DNA of 64,000 bases from Verrucomicrobiota bacterium (GCA_033762115.1 JANRLX010000107.1:10662-74661); one strand, 5' to 3'; positions 17,467 to 28,100 are shown, counted from the stretch's first letter. The notes: a model not told the origin generated them from the letters alone. Program-made: numbers and translations.

Positions 17467-17826
17467 ATGGACACTCTGACATGTCGATGCCGACAATGCG
17501 GTTACCTGTTCGCTTATCTTAGGTCGGATGCAGGTCGTCAGGTCGAGTGCACCAGTTGTCATCATTCACTTGTTTTGCCCGGCAATCTCCAGCCATTTGC
17601 CAGTAAAATCCGTCGCAGGACCTTTGGCAAAGTGGGGCTGTCCTGTGAAATTGCCGGCGTCCTCCTGGTCGGCTTCTGGCCTTGGGGGACTTTGGCGGGA
17701 GTGGTTTTGATTGGCTACGGCTGGCGGAAATCGCATCGTTGGGTTTGCAGCGCATGCGATCAGCAGTTGCCGAATGACGAGAGACGCAACTGTCCGCAAT
17801 GCCACGCCACATTCATGAGTGAATAG
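17467..17826 (+). CDS. small membrane protein with multiple CxxC zinc-ribbon motifs
   Basis: CRQC, CTSC, a hydrophobic hairpin, CSAC, CPQC. Confidence 0.65.
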   Translation: MDTLTCRCRQCGYLFAYLRSDAGRQVECTSCHHSLVLPGNLQPFASKIRRRTFGKVGLSCEIAGVLLVGFWPWGTLAGVVLIGYGWRKSHRWVCSACDQQLPNDERRNCPQCHATFMSE

Positions 17827-17878
17827 CGGGTGCTGGCATTCCACTTGCCAATTGCCCTGCCACTTTCTAGCTTTTGGC

Positions 17879-18262
17879 ATGGATCAATTGAGCCAGTACA
17901 TTCCTGTCCTGATGTTGGCGGGGGTGGCGATTGCCTTTGCCGCGGGCAATCTCTTCCTTTCTGTGCTGTTGGGAAAAACCGGATTACGCAATAAAGTCAA
18001 GGACAGCGCTTACGAATGTGGAATGGTGCCTGTCGGGGAGGGTAACTCGCGCCTTTCAGTGAAGTTCTACCTCGTTGCCATGCTTTTCATTCTTTTTGAT
18101 ATCGAAGTGGTGTTTCTCTATCCATGGGCCGTCGTTTACAAGGATATGCTGAAAACACAGCCGGACTTGATCTTCGGCGCCATGCTTTCATTCCTCGGGA
18201 TACTGTTCATCGGGTACATCTACGCTCTCAAAAAGGGTGCTTTCGATTGGAAGCGCTCCTGA
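17879..18262 (+). CDS. nuoA: NADH-quinone oxidoreductase subunit A (stand-alone)
   Basis: AYECGM, SVKFYLVAMLFILFDIEVVFLYPWAV, KKGAFDW. Confidence 0.93.
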   Translation: MDQLSQYIPVLMLAGVAIAFAAGNLFLSVLLGKTGLRNKVKDSAYECGMVPVGEGNSRLSVKFYLVAMLFILFDIEVVFLYPWAVVYKDMLKTQPDLIFGAMLSFLGILFIGYIYALKKGAFDWKRS

Positions 18263-18277
18263 TTTTTCTCCTGCAAT

Positions 18278-19702
18278 ATGATCAAATTCGGCACGTCGGG
18301 ATGGCGCGGTCTGATCGCGCGCGATTTTACCTTTGAAAATGTCCGCCTTGCCACCCAGGCAATCGCGCTCTACCTCAAAAAGGAACTCGCAAACAAAGAA
18401 TCCCCTCTTTACGGCAGCAAGCCGGTTGTGATCATCGGTCATGATACCCGCTTTCTGGGACGCGAGTTCTCCCTCGCCTCGGCAGAGGTGCTTCAACAGG
18501 CAGGTCTTGAACCGTTGCTCTGTGAACGGGATGCGCCAACCCCTGTGATTGCCCACACCATCAGGGTGCGAAAAGCCATTGGTGGCATCAACATGACTGC
18601 CAGCCATAATCCGGCGGAATACCAGGGACTGAAATTCTCAACCGCCAACGGCGCTGCTGCACATCCTGAGGTCACCAAACAAATCGAAGCCACCGTTGTT
18701 GAATTGATGAAACAGCAATGGTCAATGAAATCGGCGGTGATCGGCACCTTTTCCTGCCCCAGCTTCGACCCGCGCCCCGCCTATTTTAAACAGATCAAAA
18801 AACTCATCGACCTGGAAACGATCCGCAAAGGTAAGTTAAAAATCGCCGTTGAACTCATGTACGGGACGGGGCGTGGTTACCTTGATACCCTTTTGGAAGA
18901 GGCAGGCGCACGAGTCACCGTGCTGCATGATAAGCCAAACCCTCTCTTCGGCGGCCATCATCCTGAACCGAATGCCGAAGGCATGAGCGAAGCCCGCGAG
19001 ATCATTGCTTCAGGCAAGGCGACCCTCGGCCTCGGCCTCGATGGAGACGCAGACCGCTTCGGTATTGTGGACCGAGATGGAACCTGGCTGACGCCAAACC
19101 AAATCCTCGCCCTTGCACTCTATCATCTGAAAAAAAACCGCGGCTGGAGCGGCGCTGTCGTTCGAACCGTCCCCACCAGCCACCAGGTTGACTCAGTGGC
19201 CAAACTGCTTGGAGTAACCGTGCATGAAACTCCCGTCGGCTTTAAATACATTGGCGCCCTGATGGAACAGGAGCCGATCATTGTCGGCGGCGAGGAGTCC
19301 GGCGGGTTAAGCGTCAAAGGGCACGTGCCGGAAAAAGATGGTATTCTCGCCTGTCTTTTGATGGCTGAACTGGCCGCCACCGAAAAACGCCCGCTGAAAG
19401 CGATTCTGCAAAATCTGGAAAAACAGACCGGGGAGTTCCACACCGACCGTCTGAATATCGCCATCCCTCCAGAAAAAAAAGAAGCACTGCTGCAACGATT
19501 GGGGGCCGGTTTGGACAAGGTGGGCTCCTTCAAAGTGGAAAAGTTCATCACCACTGATGGTTACAAATTCCTCCTGCCGAACAATGAATGGGTCGCCTTT
19601 CGCGCCAGCGGCACTGAGCCATTGGTCCGTTGCTACATTGAAGCCAAAACGCTTGACCAGTTACAAAAACTTCGGTCAGCCTGCCAAAAATTGTTGCGGT
19701 AA
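18278..19702 (+). CDS. phosphoglucomutase/phosphomannomutase family protein
   Basis: FGTSGWRG, TASHNP, DGDADR, GGEESGG, RASGTEP. Confidence 0.93.
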   Translation: MIKFGTSGWRGLIARDFTFENVRLATQAIALYLKKELANKESPLYGSKPVVIIGHDTRFLGREFSLASAEVLQQAGLEPLLCERDAPTPVIAHTIRVRKAIGGINMTASHNPAEYQGLKFSTANGAAAHPEVTKQIEATVVELMKQQWSMKSAVIGTFSCPSFDPRPAYFKQIKKLIDLETIRKGKLKIAVELMYGTGRGYLDTLLEEAGARVTVLHDKPNPLFGGHHPEPNAEGMSEAREIIASGKATLGLGLDGDADRFGIVDRDGTWLTPNQILALALYHLKKNRGWSGAVVRTVPTSHQVDSVAKLLGVTVHETPVGFKYIGALMEQEPIIVGGEESGGLSVKGHVPEKDGILACLLMAELAATEKRPLKAILQNLEKQTGEFHTDRLNIAIPPEKKEALLQRLGAGLDKVGSFKVEKFITTDGYKFLLPNNEWVAFRASGTEPLVRCYIEAKTLDQLQKLRSACQKLLR

Positions 19703-19708
19703 GCCGGG

Positions 19709-21112
19709 CTACACAAACTTGCCGGGATTGAGCAGATCATCCGGGTCAAGTGCGCTCTTGATTGCCTGGTGCAGTTGCCGCAGGTTTTTGGATGCCGCCA
19801 GCGGCCACCACGGTTTTTTGGCAAGGCCAATCCCATGCTCGCCAGTAATCACTCCGCCAAGCTCAATCACTTTGGCAAAAACCTCATCCAGGGCCGCGTA
19901 GGATTTTTGCTCCGCTCCCGCCTGGGTGCGATCCACCATGATATTCACATGGATATTGCCATCCCCCGCATGGCCAAAACAAGCCACGGGAAACCCATGC
20001 TTCTTTTCCAAACCCTCGGTAAAGGTAAACAATTCCTGCAATCGTCCACGCGGCACCACGATATCTTCATTGAGCTTGGTTAATCCTGTGTCACGAAGGC
20101 TGTAGGAAAACTCTCGCCGAAGGCTCCACAGTTTTTCGCATTCTTCCGGCCCGAACGCCCGCTCAATAAACGTGGTCGGGGTCTTCCTGACCAGATGTTC
20201 CAGGACGGCCAGATCTCCCCGCACCGAATCAGGCTGGCCATCCAGCTCCACGATGATATGCGCCTTGCAGCCGTCCAGCCGTTTGCTCCCGGTTCTTTTC
20301 CTCGCTGCGGCCAGCGTAAATGCATCGGCCAGTTCCAGTGCGCAAGGCAAAATGCCCCCATCAAAAATGGTTCGGATCGTTTGCAGCGCATCCGGCATCG
20401 AGCGAAAACCAATCCCCAAACAGGCCCGGTAAGGGGGCAGGGGAAGCAGTTTGAGTGTGGCTTCCGTCACCACACCCAGCATTCCTTCCGAACCGACAAA
20501 AAGCTTCGTCAGGTCAAAACCGGATTTGTTCTTATGCGTGCGGCTCCCCAGCCGAATGACCGTGCCATTGATCAAAACAACTTCCAGCCCGAGCACATAA
20601 TCCCTGGTCACCCCATACTTCAGGCAGCGTGGTCCCCCGGCGTTGGTCGCAATATTCCCACCAATGCTGCAATCCGCCCTGCTGGCAGGGTCAGGGGGAT
20701 AAAACCGTCGCAGCCTTTCCACTTCACCCTGAAGCTGAGCGGTCAGGACTCCAGGCTGCACCACAGCGACAAAATCATCCGGGCTGATCTCGATAATCCG
20801 GTTGAGCCGCATCATGGAAAGAGCAATCCCTCCTTTGGAAGGGACGCAACCACCCACATAACCGTGGCCGGCACCGCGTGGGGTCACCGGGATCTGATGC
20901 TTGCTCGCGAATTTTAAAATCCTCGAAACAGCGGCAGTGTCGGATGGAAAAGCCACCGCGTCAGGAAGCGAAGAGGCAAACCATTTATCCCCTGAATGCT
21001 TTTCCCGGGTCGGTTCATCCAGCGCCAGTTCGTCCGCTGCCAGTTGCTGCTGAAGTTTTTCCAGCACCCCCGCCTTAATTATTTTCCTGCTGGCCGCTTT
21101 GCGCTTCATCAT
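19709..21112 (-). CDS. FAD-linked oxidase, GlcD/D-lactate dehydrogenase family
   Basis: PRGAGHG, PPDPAS, SIGGNIATNAGG, GSEGMLG, GHAGDGNIH, GEHGIG, LNPGK; true start may lie slightly downstream. Confidence 0.9.
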   Translation of the reverse strand: MMKRKAASRKIIKAGVLEKLQQQLAADELALDEPTREKHSGDKWFASSLPDAVAFPSDTAAVSRILKFASKHQIPVTPRGAGHGYVGGCVPSKGGIALSMMRLNRIIEISPDDFVAVVQPGVLTAQLQGEVERLRRFYPPDPASRADCSIGGNIATNAGGPRCLKYGVTRDYVLGLEVVLINGTVIRLGSRTHKNKSGFDLTKLFVGSEGMLGVVTEATLKLLPLPPYRACLGIGFRSMPDALQTIRTIFDGGILPCALELADAFTLAAARKRTGSKRLDGCKAHIIVELDGQPDSVRGDLAVLEHLVRKTPTTFIERAFGPEECEKLWSLRREFSYSLRDTGLTKLNEDIVVPRGRLQELFTFTEGLEKKHGFPVACFGHAGDGNIHVNIMVDRTQAGAEQKSYAALDEVFAKVIELGGVITGEHGIGLAKKPWWPLAASKNLRQLHQAIKSALDPDDLLNPGKFV

Positions 21113-21320
21113 CTTTCAAAAATTGTTTGGCATCCTCAGCTTCGGAGGCGGGCACCACCACCCTCACCCCTCCCGCCGCCAGCGCATATCCCTCCAGCGT
21201 CAATGCTGCCGTTTCATTCAACACTTCAGCGTGAAAACCTGCTGATTCCAATCGACTGCGAACCAACTCCGCATCTGCCAGGTTGAACGTGGTGTAAACA
21301 ACTGCGGTGCTGGATTTCAT
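21075..21320 (-). CDS. DUF2007-like putative signal transducing protein
   Basis: AELVRSRLESAGF...GGVRVVVPASEAEDAK pattern; coupled to the upstream gene. Confidence 0.7.
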   Translation of the reverse strand: MKSSTAVVYTTFNLADAELVRSRLESAGFHAEVLNETAALTLEGYALAAGGVRVVVPASEAEDAKQFLKDDEAQSGQQENN

Positions 21321-22327
21321 GTGTGCGTGATTTGTTTGATTTCGGCAAAGACAATAACTCCCGCTCCTGTCTGCAACGTGGATTGCACCTGCACATCGAT
21401 TTGCTGGCCGATCAACGATTGCGCATGGTTGACCACAACCATCGTGCCATCATTCAGATAGCCCACACCCTGGCCCTTGTCCTTCCCTTCGCGGGCGATT
21501 CTAAGGTTCAGCGTTTCCCCGGGGATCAACACCGTTTTCATCGCGGTGGCCAGCACGTTCAAATTCAAATATTGCACGGACTGCAGCTCCGCCACTTTTC
21601 CAAGGTTGAAATCGTTCGTGTAAATCTTTCCTCCCAGGACTCGCGCCAGCTTGATCAGCTTGGAATCCACCGTCGGTTCTTCCGGGTAATCGCCATCATG
21701 AATTTTGACTTCGATACTCTTGCTCCGCTGAATCCGGCTGAGTGTCTCAAGTCCCCGCCTTCCCCGGGCTTTGCGAATGGGATCGGGTGCGTCGGCAATT
21801 TGCTGCAATTCCTTCAGGATAAAACGCGGGATAATCACCGTCCCCTCCACAAAACGGCTTTCAACCAGATCCGCGATTCTCCCATCAATAATCACGCTCG
21901 TATCCAGCACGATCAAATTGTTCGGAACATTCTGCGCGGAAAATTTCACGTAAGGAATAATCAGCGAGAAATCCTCCTTGTTGCTCCTCATCGCAAGGAT
22001 CATCCCAATGTAGCTGAAGCTTAAAAACAGCGACAGGCGTATCAACCAGCGGGTTGGGCGTTCATCCGCATAAATAAACAGGTCTGACCGGTCGATCATC
22101 CATGCCACCAGGCTCCCCAGTGCCAGGCCAAAAGTCGCCGATGAAAACGCCCGCAGGGAAAATCCCTTCAACATCTCATCAATCGCGATCAGCAAACTTC
22201 CCAAACCAAAACCAATGATCACTCCCAGATAGCCATGCTCGATCAGCGTCGGTTGCACCTGGCTGACCGCATACCCCCCCAGCATGCACAAACTTAAAAA
22301 TAAAAGCCGGACAACCCAGATCGACAT
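21317..22327 (-). CDS. PIN/TRAM domain membrane protein (YacL-like)
   Basis: TM helices; LDTSVIIDGRI, RGRRGL, TNDFNL, GVGYLNDGTMVVV. Confidence 0.9.
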   Translation of the reverse strand: MSIWVVRLLFLSLCMLGGYAVSQVQPTLIEHGYLGVIIGFGLGSLLIAIDEMLKGFSLRAFSSATFGLALGSLVAWMIDRSDLFIYADERPTRWLIRLSLFLSFSYIGMILAMRSNKEDFSLIIPYVKFSAQNVPNNLIVLDTSVIIDGRIADLVESRFVEGTVIIPRFILKELQQIADAPDPIRKARGRRGLETLSRIQRSKSIEVKIHDGDYPEEPTVDSKLIKLARVLGGKIYTNDFNLGKVAELQSVQYLNLNVLATAMKTVLIPGETLNLRIAREGKDKGQGVGYLNDGTMVVVNHAQSLIGQQIDVQVQSTLQTGAGVIVFAEIKQITHT

Positions 22328-22330
22328 ACC

Positions 22331-23269
22331 CTAATCGTTTTTCTTTGGCTTGCGGATCACCCCCCACAACCCTTTGTTGTTCAAATTGCTGCTGAAAACG
22401 GAAAAATTACTCACCATCAGTTCCATGCTCCTCGCCAGTCTTTCATTGTAAATCAACGTCCCCGCCAAACCCGGTTTTTCCTTGATGTCTTCAAGCAATC
22501 CATTCACTCGCCGGGTTGCTTCCTGCAGGTTCTTGACTGTGGCGGTCAACTCCACCCGGTTCGTTTCCAGCGTAAGATGCAATTCATCGGCCACCTCGTT
22601 CAGCTGTGCTGAAAAATTGTTGAAGTTGCTGATGGCGTTGCCGAGTGGTGGGGTATTTGTTTCAACAAAACTGTTCACGTTATCCACTGCGAGCAATGCC
22701 CTGTCTGATAAAACCCTGAAATTGACAAAAGCCGCCGTAAGGTTCGTCAAGGTGTGTTCCGTCAGCAATGTTTTATCAATCCGCTCCACCGCTCCATTCA
22801 ACTGGCTGACCGTTGCCTCCACCCGCTTCATCAAACCTGCGGTGGATTTTGCCACCTCGGAAAGGTCAAATGGCGGTTCACAATCCACTGTGGCTCCATC
22901 CTCCAGCACCGGGGCCTTGTTCTCACCCGGAAAAACAGAAACAAACCGGTCCCCCAGGAATCCAGCCTGCTTGATCGCGAACAGGGAATCGCCATGGATA
23001 CGATACTTTTTCAGGATCTCGACTCGAATCAGCACATTTCTTCCCCCTTCTTCCAGGTCTGTTTCCTGCACGCTGCCGATTCTCACTCCGGACATCAGCA
23101 CAGCCGCTCCCGGAATAATCCCCCCCACATCCTCAGATCTGAGGTTCAGCTGGTAAGTCGGTGTGAACAATCCAGCGCCCTTGCTGAATTTCATGATCAA
23201 CAGCCCAATGAAAACGAGGCTGATAATCACAAACAGCCCCACTTTCCATTCCAGACGCGCTTTGCTCAT
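22331..23269 (-). CDS. mlaD: MCE/MlaD family protein
   Basis: EWKVGLFV TM, MCE domain (GAAVLMSGVRIGSV, GFLGDRFV), helical extension. Confidence 0.85.
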   Translation of the reverse strand: MSKARLEWKVGLFVIISLVFIGLLIMKFSKGAGLFTPTYQLNLRSEDVGGIIPGAAVLMSGVRIGSVQETDLEEGGRNVLIRVEILKKYRIHGDSLFAIKQAGFLGDRFVSVFPGENKAPVLEDGATVDCEPPFDLSEVAKSTAGLMKRVEATVSQLNGAVERIDKTLLTEHTLTNLTAAFVNFRVLSDRALLAVDNVNSFVETNTPPLGNAISNFNNFSAQLNEVADELHLTLETNRVELTATVKNLQEATRRVNGLLEDIKEKPGLAGTLIYNERLARSMELMVSNFSVFSSNLNNKGLWGVIRKPKKND

Positions 23270-23270
23270 A

Positions 23271-24017
23271 TCAAAAATTATGTTCCTTGGGATCAGAAAT
23301 CCCGTTCACGAATCGATGGATCACCGGGTCCTGCGAATTGAATATCTCATCCGGGGTTCCATTCGCATAAACCTTCCCCCCCACCAACATGATTATTTGG
23401 TTCCCCACTCGCCGCATGCTCCGCGTATCGTGAGTCACCACCACCGAGGTGACTTTCAGTTGTTCACACACTCTTAAGATCAGTTGGTCAATACTGTCAG
23501 ACACCACAGGATCCAATCCCGTTGTGGGCTCATCATAGAGGATGATTTCCGGTTTGTAGACAATCGCCCGGGCCAGTCCCACCCTTTTCCGCATCCCGCC
23601 GGAAAGTTCAGCCGGCTTTTTGTTCTGGATTCCCGGCAGTTCCACCATTTCCAGCGTTTCTTCAACCCGCTGCATGATTTCTGATGGCGATAATTCATTC
23701 TCCCGGCGCAGGACGAACCCCACGTTTTCTCCCACCGTCAACGAATCAAATAGCGCCGCGCTTTGAAAGAGCATCCCGAATTTCCGTCTCACCGGCAGCA
23801 GCTGCCTTTCATCCATTCCCGCCAGGTTTTCCCCATCAATCAGCACCTCGCCGGAGTCCGGGATCAACAATCCCACCAGATGCTTGAGCAATACACTTTT
23901 GCCGCACCCGCTCCGGCCAATGATCACTGCAGATTCCCCTTTGCCTATCTCGAAGGAAATGCCATCCAGGACCTTTTGCGCGCCGAAGCTCTTGTGAAGG
24001 TTTCTCACTTCGATCAT
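23271..24017 (-). CDS. mlaF: Mla/MCE ABC transporter ATPase
   Basis: GRSGCGKS, FQSAALFDSLTV, LSGGMRKRVGLARA, YDEPTTGLDP. Confidence 0.9.
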   Translation of the reverse strand: MIEVRNLHKSFGAQKVLDGISFEIGKGESAVIIGRSGCGKSVLLKHLVGLLIPDSGEVLIDGENLAGMDERQLLPVRRKFGMLFQSAALFDSLTVGENVGFVLRRENELSPSEIMQRVEETLEMVELPGIQNKKPAELSGGMRKRVGLARAIVYKPEIILYDEPTTGLDPVVSDSIDQLILRVCEQLKVTSVVVTHDTRSMRRVGNQIIMLVGGKVYANGTPDEIFNSQDPVIHRFVNGISDPKEHNF

Positions 24018-24787
24018 GACGCAAAAACCCGATTCAGGAACAAGGTCAGAAAAAAGTTGCTGATCAGGATTGAAATGGAAGTGGTCACAACAGCTTCCGT
24101 CGTCGCTTTCCCAACTCCCTCAGCGCCCTCACGGCAATTCATCCCTTTGTAGCAACTGACCACCGAAATGATGATCCCAAAAATAAATGCCTTGATCAGT
24201 CCGATCGCCACCGCCTGGGCGCTGCTGTAGTAAAGCATGTTCGCCCAGGAATAAGTCGGGTCAATCTTCAGCAGGAATGTTCCCACGATATAGGCTGCTC
24301 CAATCCCCAGCGTGATCGCTTCTCCGGTCAATAAGGGCATCGCGATCACCGTCGCCAGCACCCGTGGAACAATCAGGTAATCAACAGGGTGCGTCGCCAG
24401 CGTGCGCAATGCGTCAATCTGCTCTGTCACCCGCATCGTCCCCAGCTCCGCCGCCATCGCCGCTCCCACTCGCCCCGCCACCATCAATGCGGTAAGCACC
24501 GGTCCCAACTCACTGCACATCGAGACACTCACCACAGCCAGGGTCGCCGTGTCCATCCGGACTTTATGAAATTGGAAGTATGTTTGCGCACACAGAACCA
24601 TTCCGGTAAATGCGCCGGTAATCAGGACCACCGATTGCGACTTGACCCCAATGAAATAGAGCTGATAACTCACATCCCGCCAATCGACTTTATGTCGGAA
24701 CAAAGCGTTCGCCGTTTCCCAGAACAGGAGCGCCACCCGCCCCATCTCATTGATCGTGGAACTGAATTTATCCGGTACAATTTGCAT
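24014..24787 (-). CDS. mlaE: Mla/MCE ABC transporter permease
   Basis: ELGPVLTALMVAGRVGAAMAAELGTMRVTEQIDAL, GAEGVGKATT. Confidence 0.92.
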   Translation of the reverse strand: MQIVPDKFSSTINEMGRVALLFWETANALFRHKVDWRDVSYQLYFIGVKSQSVVLITGAFTGMVLCAQTYFQFHKVRMDTATLAVVSVSMCSELGPVLTALMVAGRVGAAMAAELGTMRVTEQIDALRTLATHPVDYLIVPRVLATVIAMPLLTGEAITLGIGAAYIVGTFLLKIDPTYSWANMLYYSSAQAVAIGLIKAFIFGIIISVVSCYKGMNCREGAEGVGKATTEAVVTTSISILISNFFLTLFLNRVFAS

Positions 24788-24882
24788 TCACTGCGCTTGA
24801 ATATAGGGAAACGAAACGATTCTGGCTAGAAGCGCTCTTTGAACCGGTATGCCGATCAACGTCTGTCCGCATCGCTCCTCGT

Positions 24883-24923
24883 AAAAAAGTTTGGAGCACC
24901 CCGGCCCAAACCGGGGTGCTCCA
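24883..24923 (-). terminator. intrinsic terminator with a 13-bp perfect stem
   Basis: TGGAGCACCCCGG-6nt-CCGGGGTGCTCCA followed on the minus strand by AAC-TTTTTT. Confidence 0.75.
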
Positions 24924-24972
24924 GTTCCCACACCAACTTGTGCAAACCACCAACTCAGCTAATCCACACAGA
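24883..24972 (-). ncRNA. candidate sigma54-dependent small RNA (~90 nt)
   Basis: Bounded by a sigma54 motif (24984-24998) and a terminator; no convincing ORF. Confidence 0.45.
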
Positions 24973-24983
24973 CTCGAAAAATA

Positions 24984-24998
24984 GCAATGCTCATGCCA
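24984..24998 (-). promoter_or_regulatory. sigma54 -24/-12 promoter
   Basis: TTGGCATGAGCATTGCT on the minus strand; near-consensus TGGCAxxxxxxTTGC. Confidence 0.65.
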
Positions 24999-25131
24999 AC
25001 CAAATGTTGCGCGGCAACAGCTTGGGAAATCCTCAAAAACTCTCAATGTTTCACCAGCCTCGCCCGTCAAACGCCTCATGCCCATCAGTTTTACTTTCTG
25101 CTTTTCACCCCTTGCGTTATTTTCACGCGCC

Positions 25132-28100
25132 ATGTCCCTTCCGATTTTTTTTCTTCTCCTTTGCCTGACCTGTTCTCTCGACCTGTGGGCTGATCCCGCC
25201 GCCGACGCTCGCAAAGCCGCAGAAGCAGCCGCAAAAGAAAAAGCGCTCGAGCCGGATACCAGGATTAAACAAATTCGCCTCGCACCCGGTCTCAAAATTG
25301 ATCATTACGCCACCGAACCTCTCCTCCTGAATCCCGTCGCGTTCAGTTTTGACGAAGCGGGAAGGCTTTACGTCGTGGAAACTCATCGACGGCGGACTTC
25401 AGTTTACGATATTCGAAATCATCGTGATTGGCTGGATGCCGATTTCTCATTCCGCACAGTTCTTGATCGTTCGAACTTCCTGAATCAGGCCCTCGCCCCC
25501 GGAAAAACAAACCTTGCCCGCTTCCAGGCTGATCATAATGGGGATGGAACCATCGATATCCTCGACCTCCAGGTTGAGTCGGAAGCCATCCGGTTGTTGA
25601 TCGATACCAACCGTGACGGACGCGCGGACTCCTCCACGATCTTCGCCACCAATTTCAATACCTCCGTTTCCGGAGTTGCTGCCGGCGTGCTCGCGCGGAA
25701 ATCCGATCTTTGGTTTGCCTGCATCCCTGATCTCTGGTTGCTGCGCGACACCAATTTTGACGGTCGGGTTGATGTCCGCACGAACCTGCTCAGCGGCTTC
25801 GGTGTTCACATCTCTTTTGGCGGCCATGATCTGCACGGCCTCCGCTTTGGGCCGGATGGAAAAATTTATTTTAGCATCGCTGACCGTGGACTTCATGTGG
25901 AGCAGGGCGGACGAACGGTAAGTTATCCCGATTCCGGCGCAGTCATGCGCTGCAACCGTGACGGCACCGAATTTGAGCTTTATGCCACCGGCCTGCGTAA
26001 CCCCCAGGAACTCGCTTTCGATGATTACGGAAACCTTTTTACCGGTGATAACAATGGAGATGGCGGGGATGCCGCACGCTGGGTTTACCTTGTTGAAGGC
26101 GGGGAAAGTGGCTGGCATATCGGCTGGCAGCACCTGCCCAAAATGGGCCCTTGGAACAGTGAAAAGCTTTGGCATCTGGCACCCACTAATACCGCAGCTT
26201 ATATCCTGCCGCCGGTCGCCCATATCGGTCATGGACCAGCCGGGATCGTTTACCATCCCGGCACAGGGCTCAACGGAATGCTCCATGGCAAATTCTTCAT
26301 GTGCGATTTCCCGGGTGGTGTTCGCTCGATTGGTTTGAAGCCACGCGGTGCTGGATTTGAACTGGCGGAGCTGCGGGAATTGCTTTGGAACATTTATCCT
26401 GTTGATGTCGATTTCGGACCTGATGGCGCCCTCTACATCCTCGATTGGGTGGATGGTTGGGAGAAACCGGGAAAGGGAAGAGTGTATCGAATCACTCCTG
26501 ATAATGGCCTGGTCGACCCCGTAACTGAATCCACTCGGACAATCCTTGCCACCGGAGTGGCCAACCGCCCGCTCAATGAATTTGCGAAATTGTTGGGTCA
26601 TCCTGACCAGCGCGTTCGACAGGAGGCGCAATTCACCTTTGCCGAAATAGGGCTCCTTTCCACCAATCTCCTCCTCGATATCGTCCGCTCTGGCCAGAAT
26701 GAAATGGCCCGCATCCATGCTATCTGGGCCATGGGACAAATGGCCCGAACCAATCCTCTTGTCGCTCCTTTCCTGCTTCCGTTCGTTGCTGATCCCAACC
26801 CTGAAATCCGCGCTCAAATTTTCAAAGTCCTTGGCGATGTGCGTGCCAACGCTGTTTTTGACGCTGCCGTTGCCGCTCTGGTGGACCAGGCGCCTCGGGT
26901 CCGTTTTTTTGCCTTGATGGCACTTGGCAAACTGGGCAATCCCGCCGCTCTCGATGGAATCCTTCGCGCCATTGAAGAGAATGCAGATCGGGACCCTTAC
27001 CTTCGTCATGCTGCCGTCATGGCGCTGGTCGGATTGAATGATCCCTCCCTGGTCGAGCAGATTTCCCGTGACGAATCCCGCTCCGTCCGCCTGGCTGCGC
27101 TGCTCGCCATGCGTAAACTGGCCCGCCCCGAGATCGTCTCTTTTCTTCATGATGAGGATGGCGGCATTGTTCTCGAAGCCGCCCGCGCCATCCATGACCT
27201 GCCCATCACACAAGGCATTTCCCAACTCGCTGCCTTGATCACGCGAACCAATCTCTCAGAACCCGTCATAAAACGGGCGATCAATGCCAACTTTCGACTC
27301 GGCAAGCTGGAACACGCCCTTGCGCTCTCCGATTATGCCATCAATCCGCTCAATCCTGAGTCCCTTCGCATCGAAGCCATCCAACGACTCGGCCAATGGG
27401 TGAAGCCGCCCGGGCGCGACCCGGTCATCGGGCTTTGGCGTCCCCTTCCAGAACGTGAAGCCCGTACCCCGCGTCTCGCACTTTCAGAAATTGATACCTT
27501 GCTCGCTGGTCCCCCCGGAATTCAACTCGCTGCGATTGAAAGTGTCGTCACTCTCGGGCTTGATCACCTCAGCGGCTTCATTTATTCCCTTCTCACCAAC
27601 GACCAGAACCAGGTCAATGTTCGCGTTGCCGCACTCAAGGCGCTTCTCGCATGGAAATCCCCGCAGTTGTCTCGTGCAATGCAGGCAGCCGCGGAAAGCA
27701 GCCACCCGGAATTGCGAAAGGAAGCCGCTCTTTTTAATTCACAATCAAAACCTGCCAACGCCGCCCTGGAACTCATGAATGCCCTGGAGAAAGGAACACT
27801 TTCCGAAAAACAGGCAGCCATCGTCGCCCTCGGTGAAATGAAAGGGGTGGCTACCGACCCAATTCTTCTGATGCTCCTGGATCGATTGCTCAACGAAAAA
27901 CTGGACAAAGGCCTGGAATTGGAACTCCTCGAAGCTGCCGCCAAACGCAACGACCCTGCCATCATCAAACAACTCGCTCGTTTCGAGAAATCACGCGGGG
28001 ATCAACCTTTGGCCCAATACCGCGAATCTCTTTTTGGTGGCAACGCCGAGGAGGGTAAAAAAATCTTCGTCGAGCGGACCGATCTCGCCTGTCTTCGTTG

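Noticed and set aside
17834..17848. sigma54-like TGGCATTCCACTTGC upstream of nuoA
   Set aside because: The spacing fits, but an overlapping TTGCCA-17-TAGCTT sigma70 promoter explains the site at least as well, so it is not called.
25447..27225. Long antisense or alternate-frame ORFs (592 aa here; also 32323..33507, 34086..35315, 39534..40535, 41201..42145, 53988..55334)
   Set aside because: All lie within well-supported genes and lack motifs; expected by-products of codon bias in moderately GC-rich DNA.
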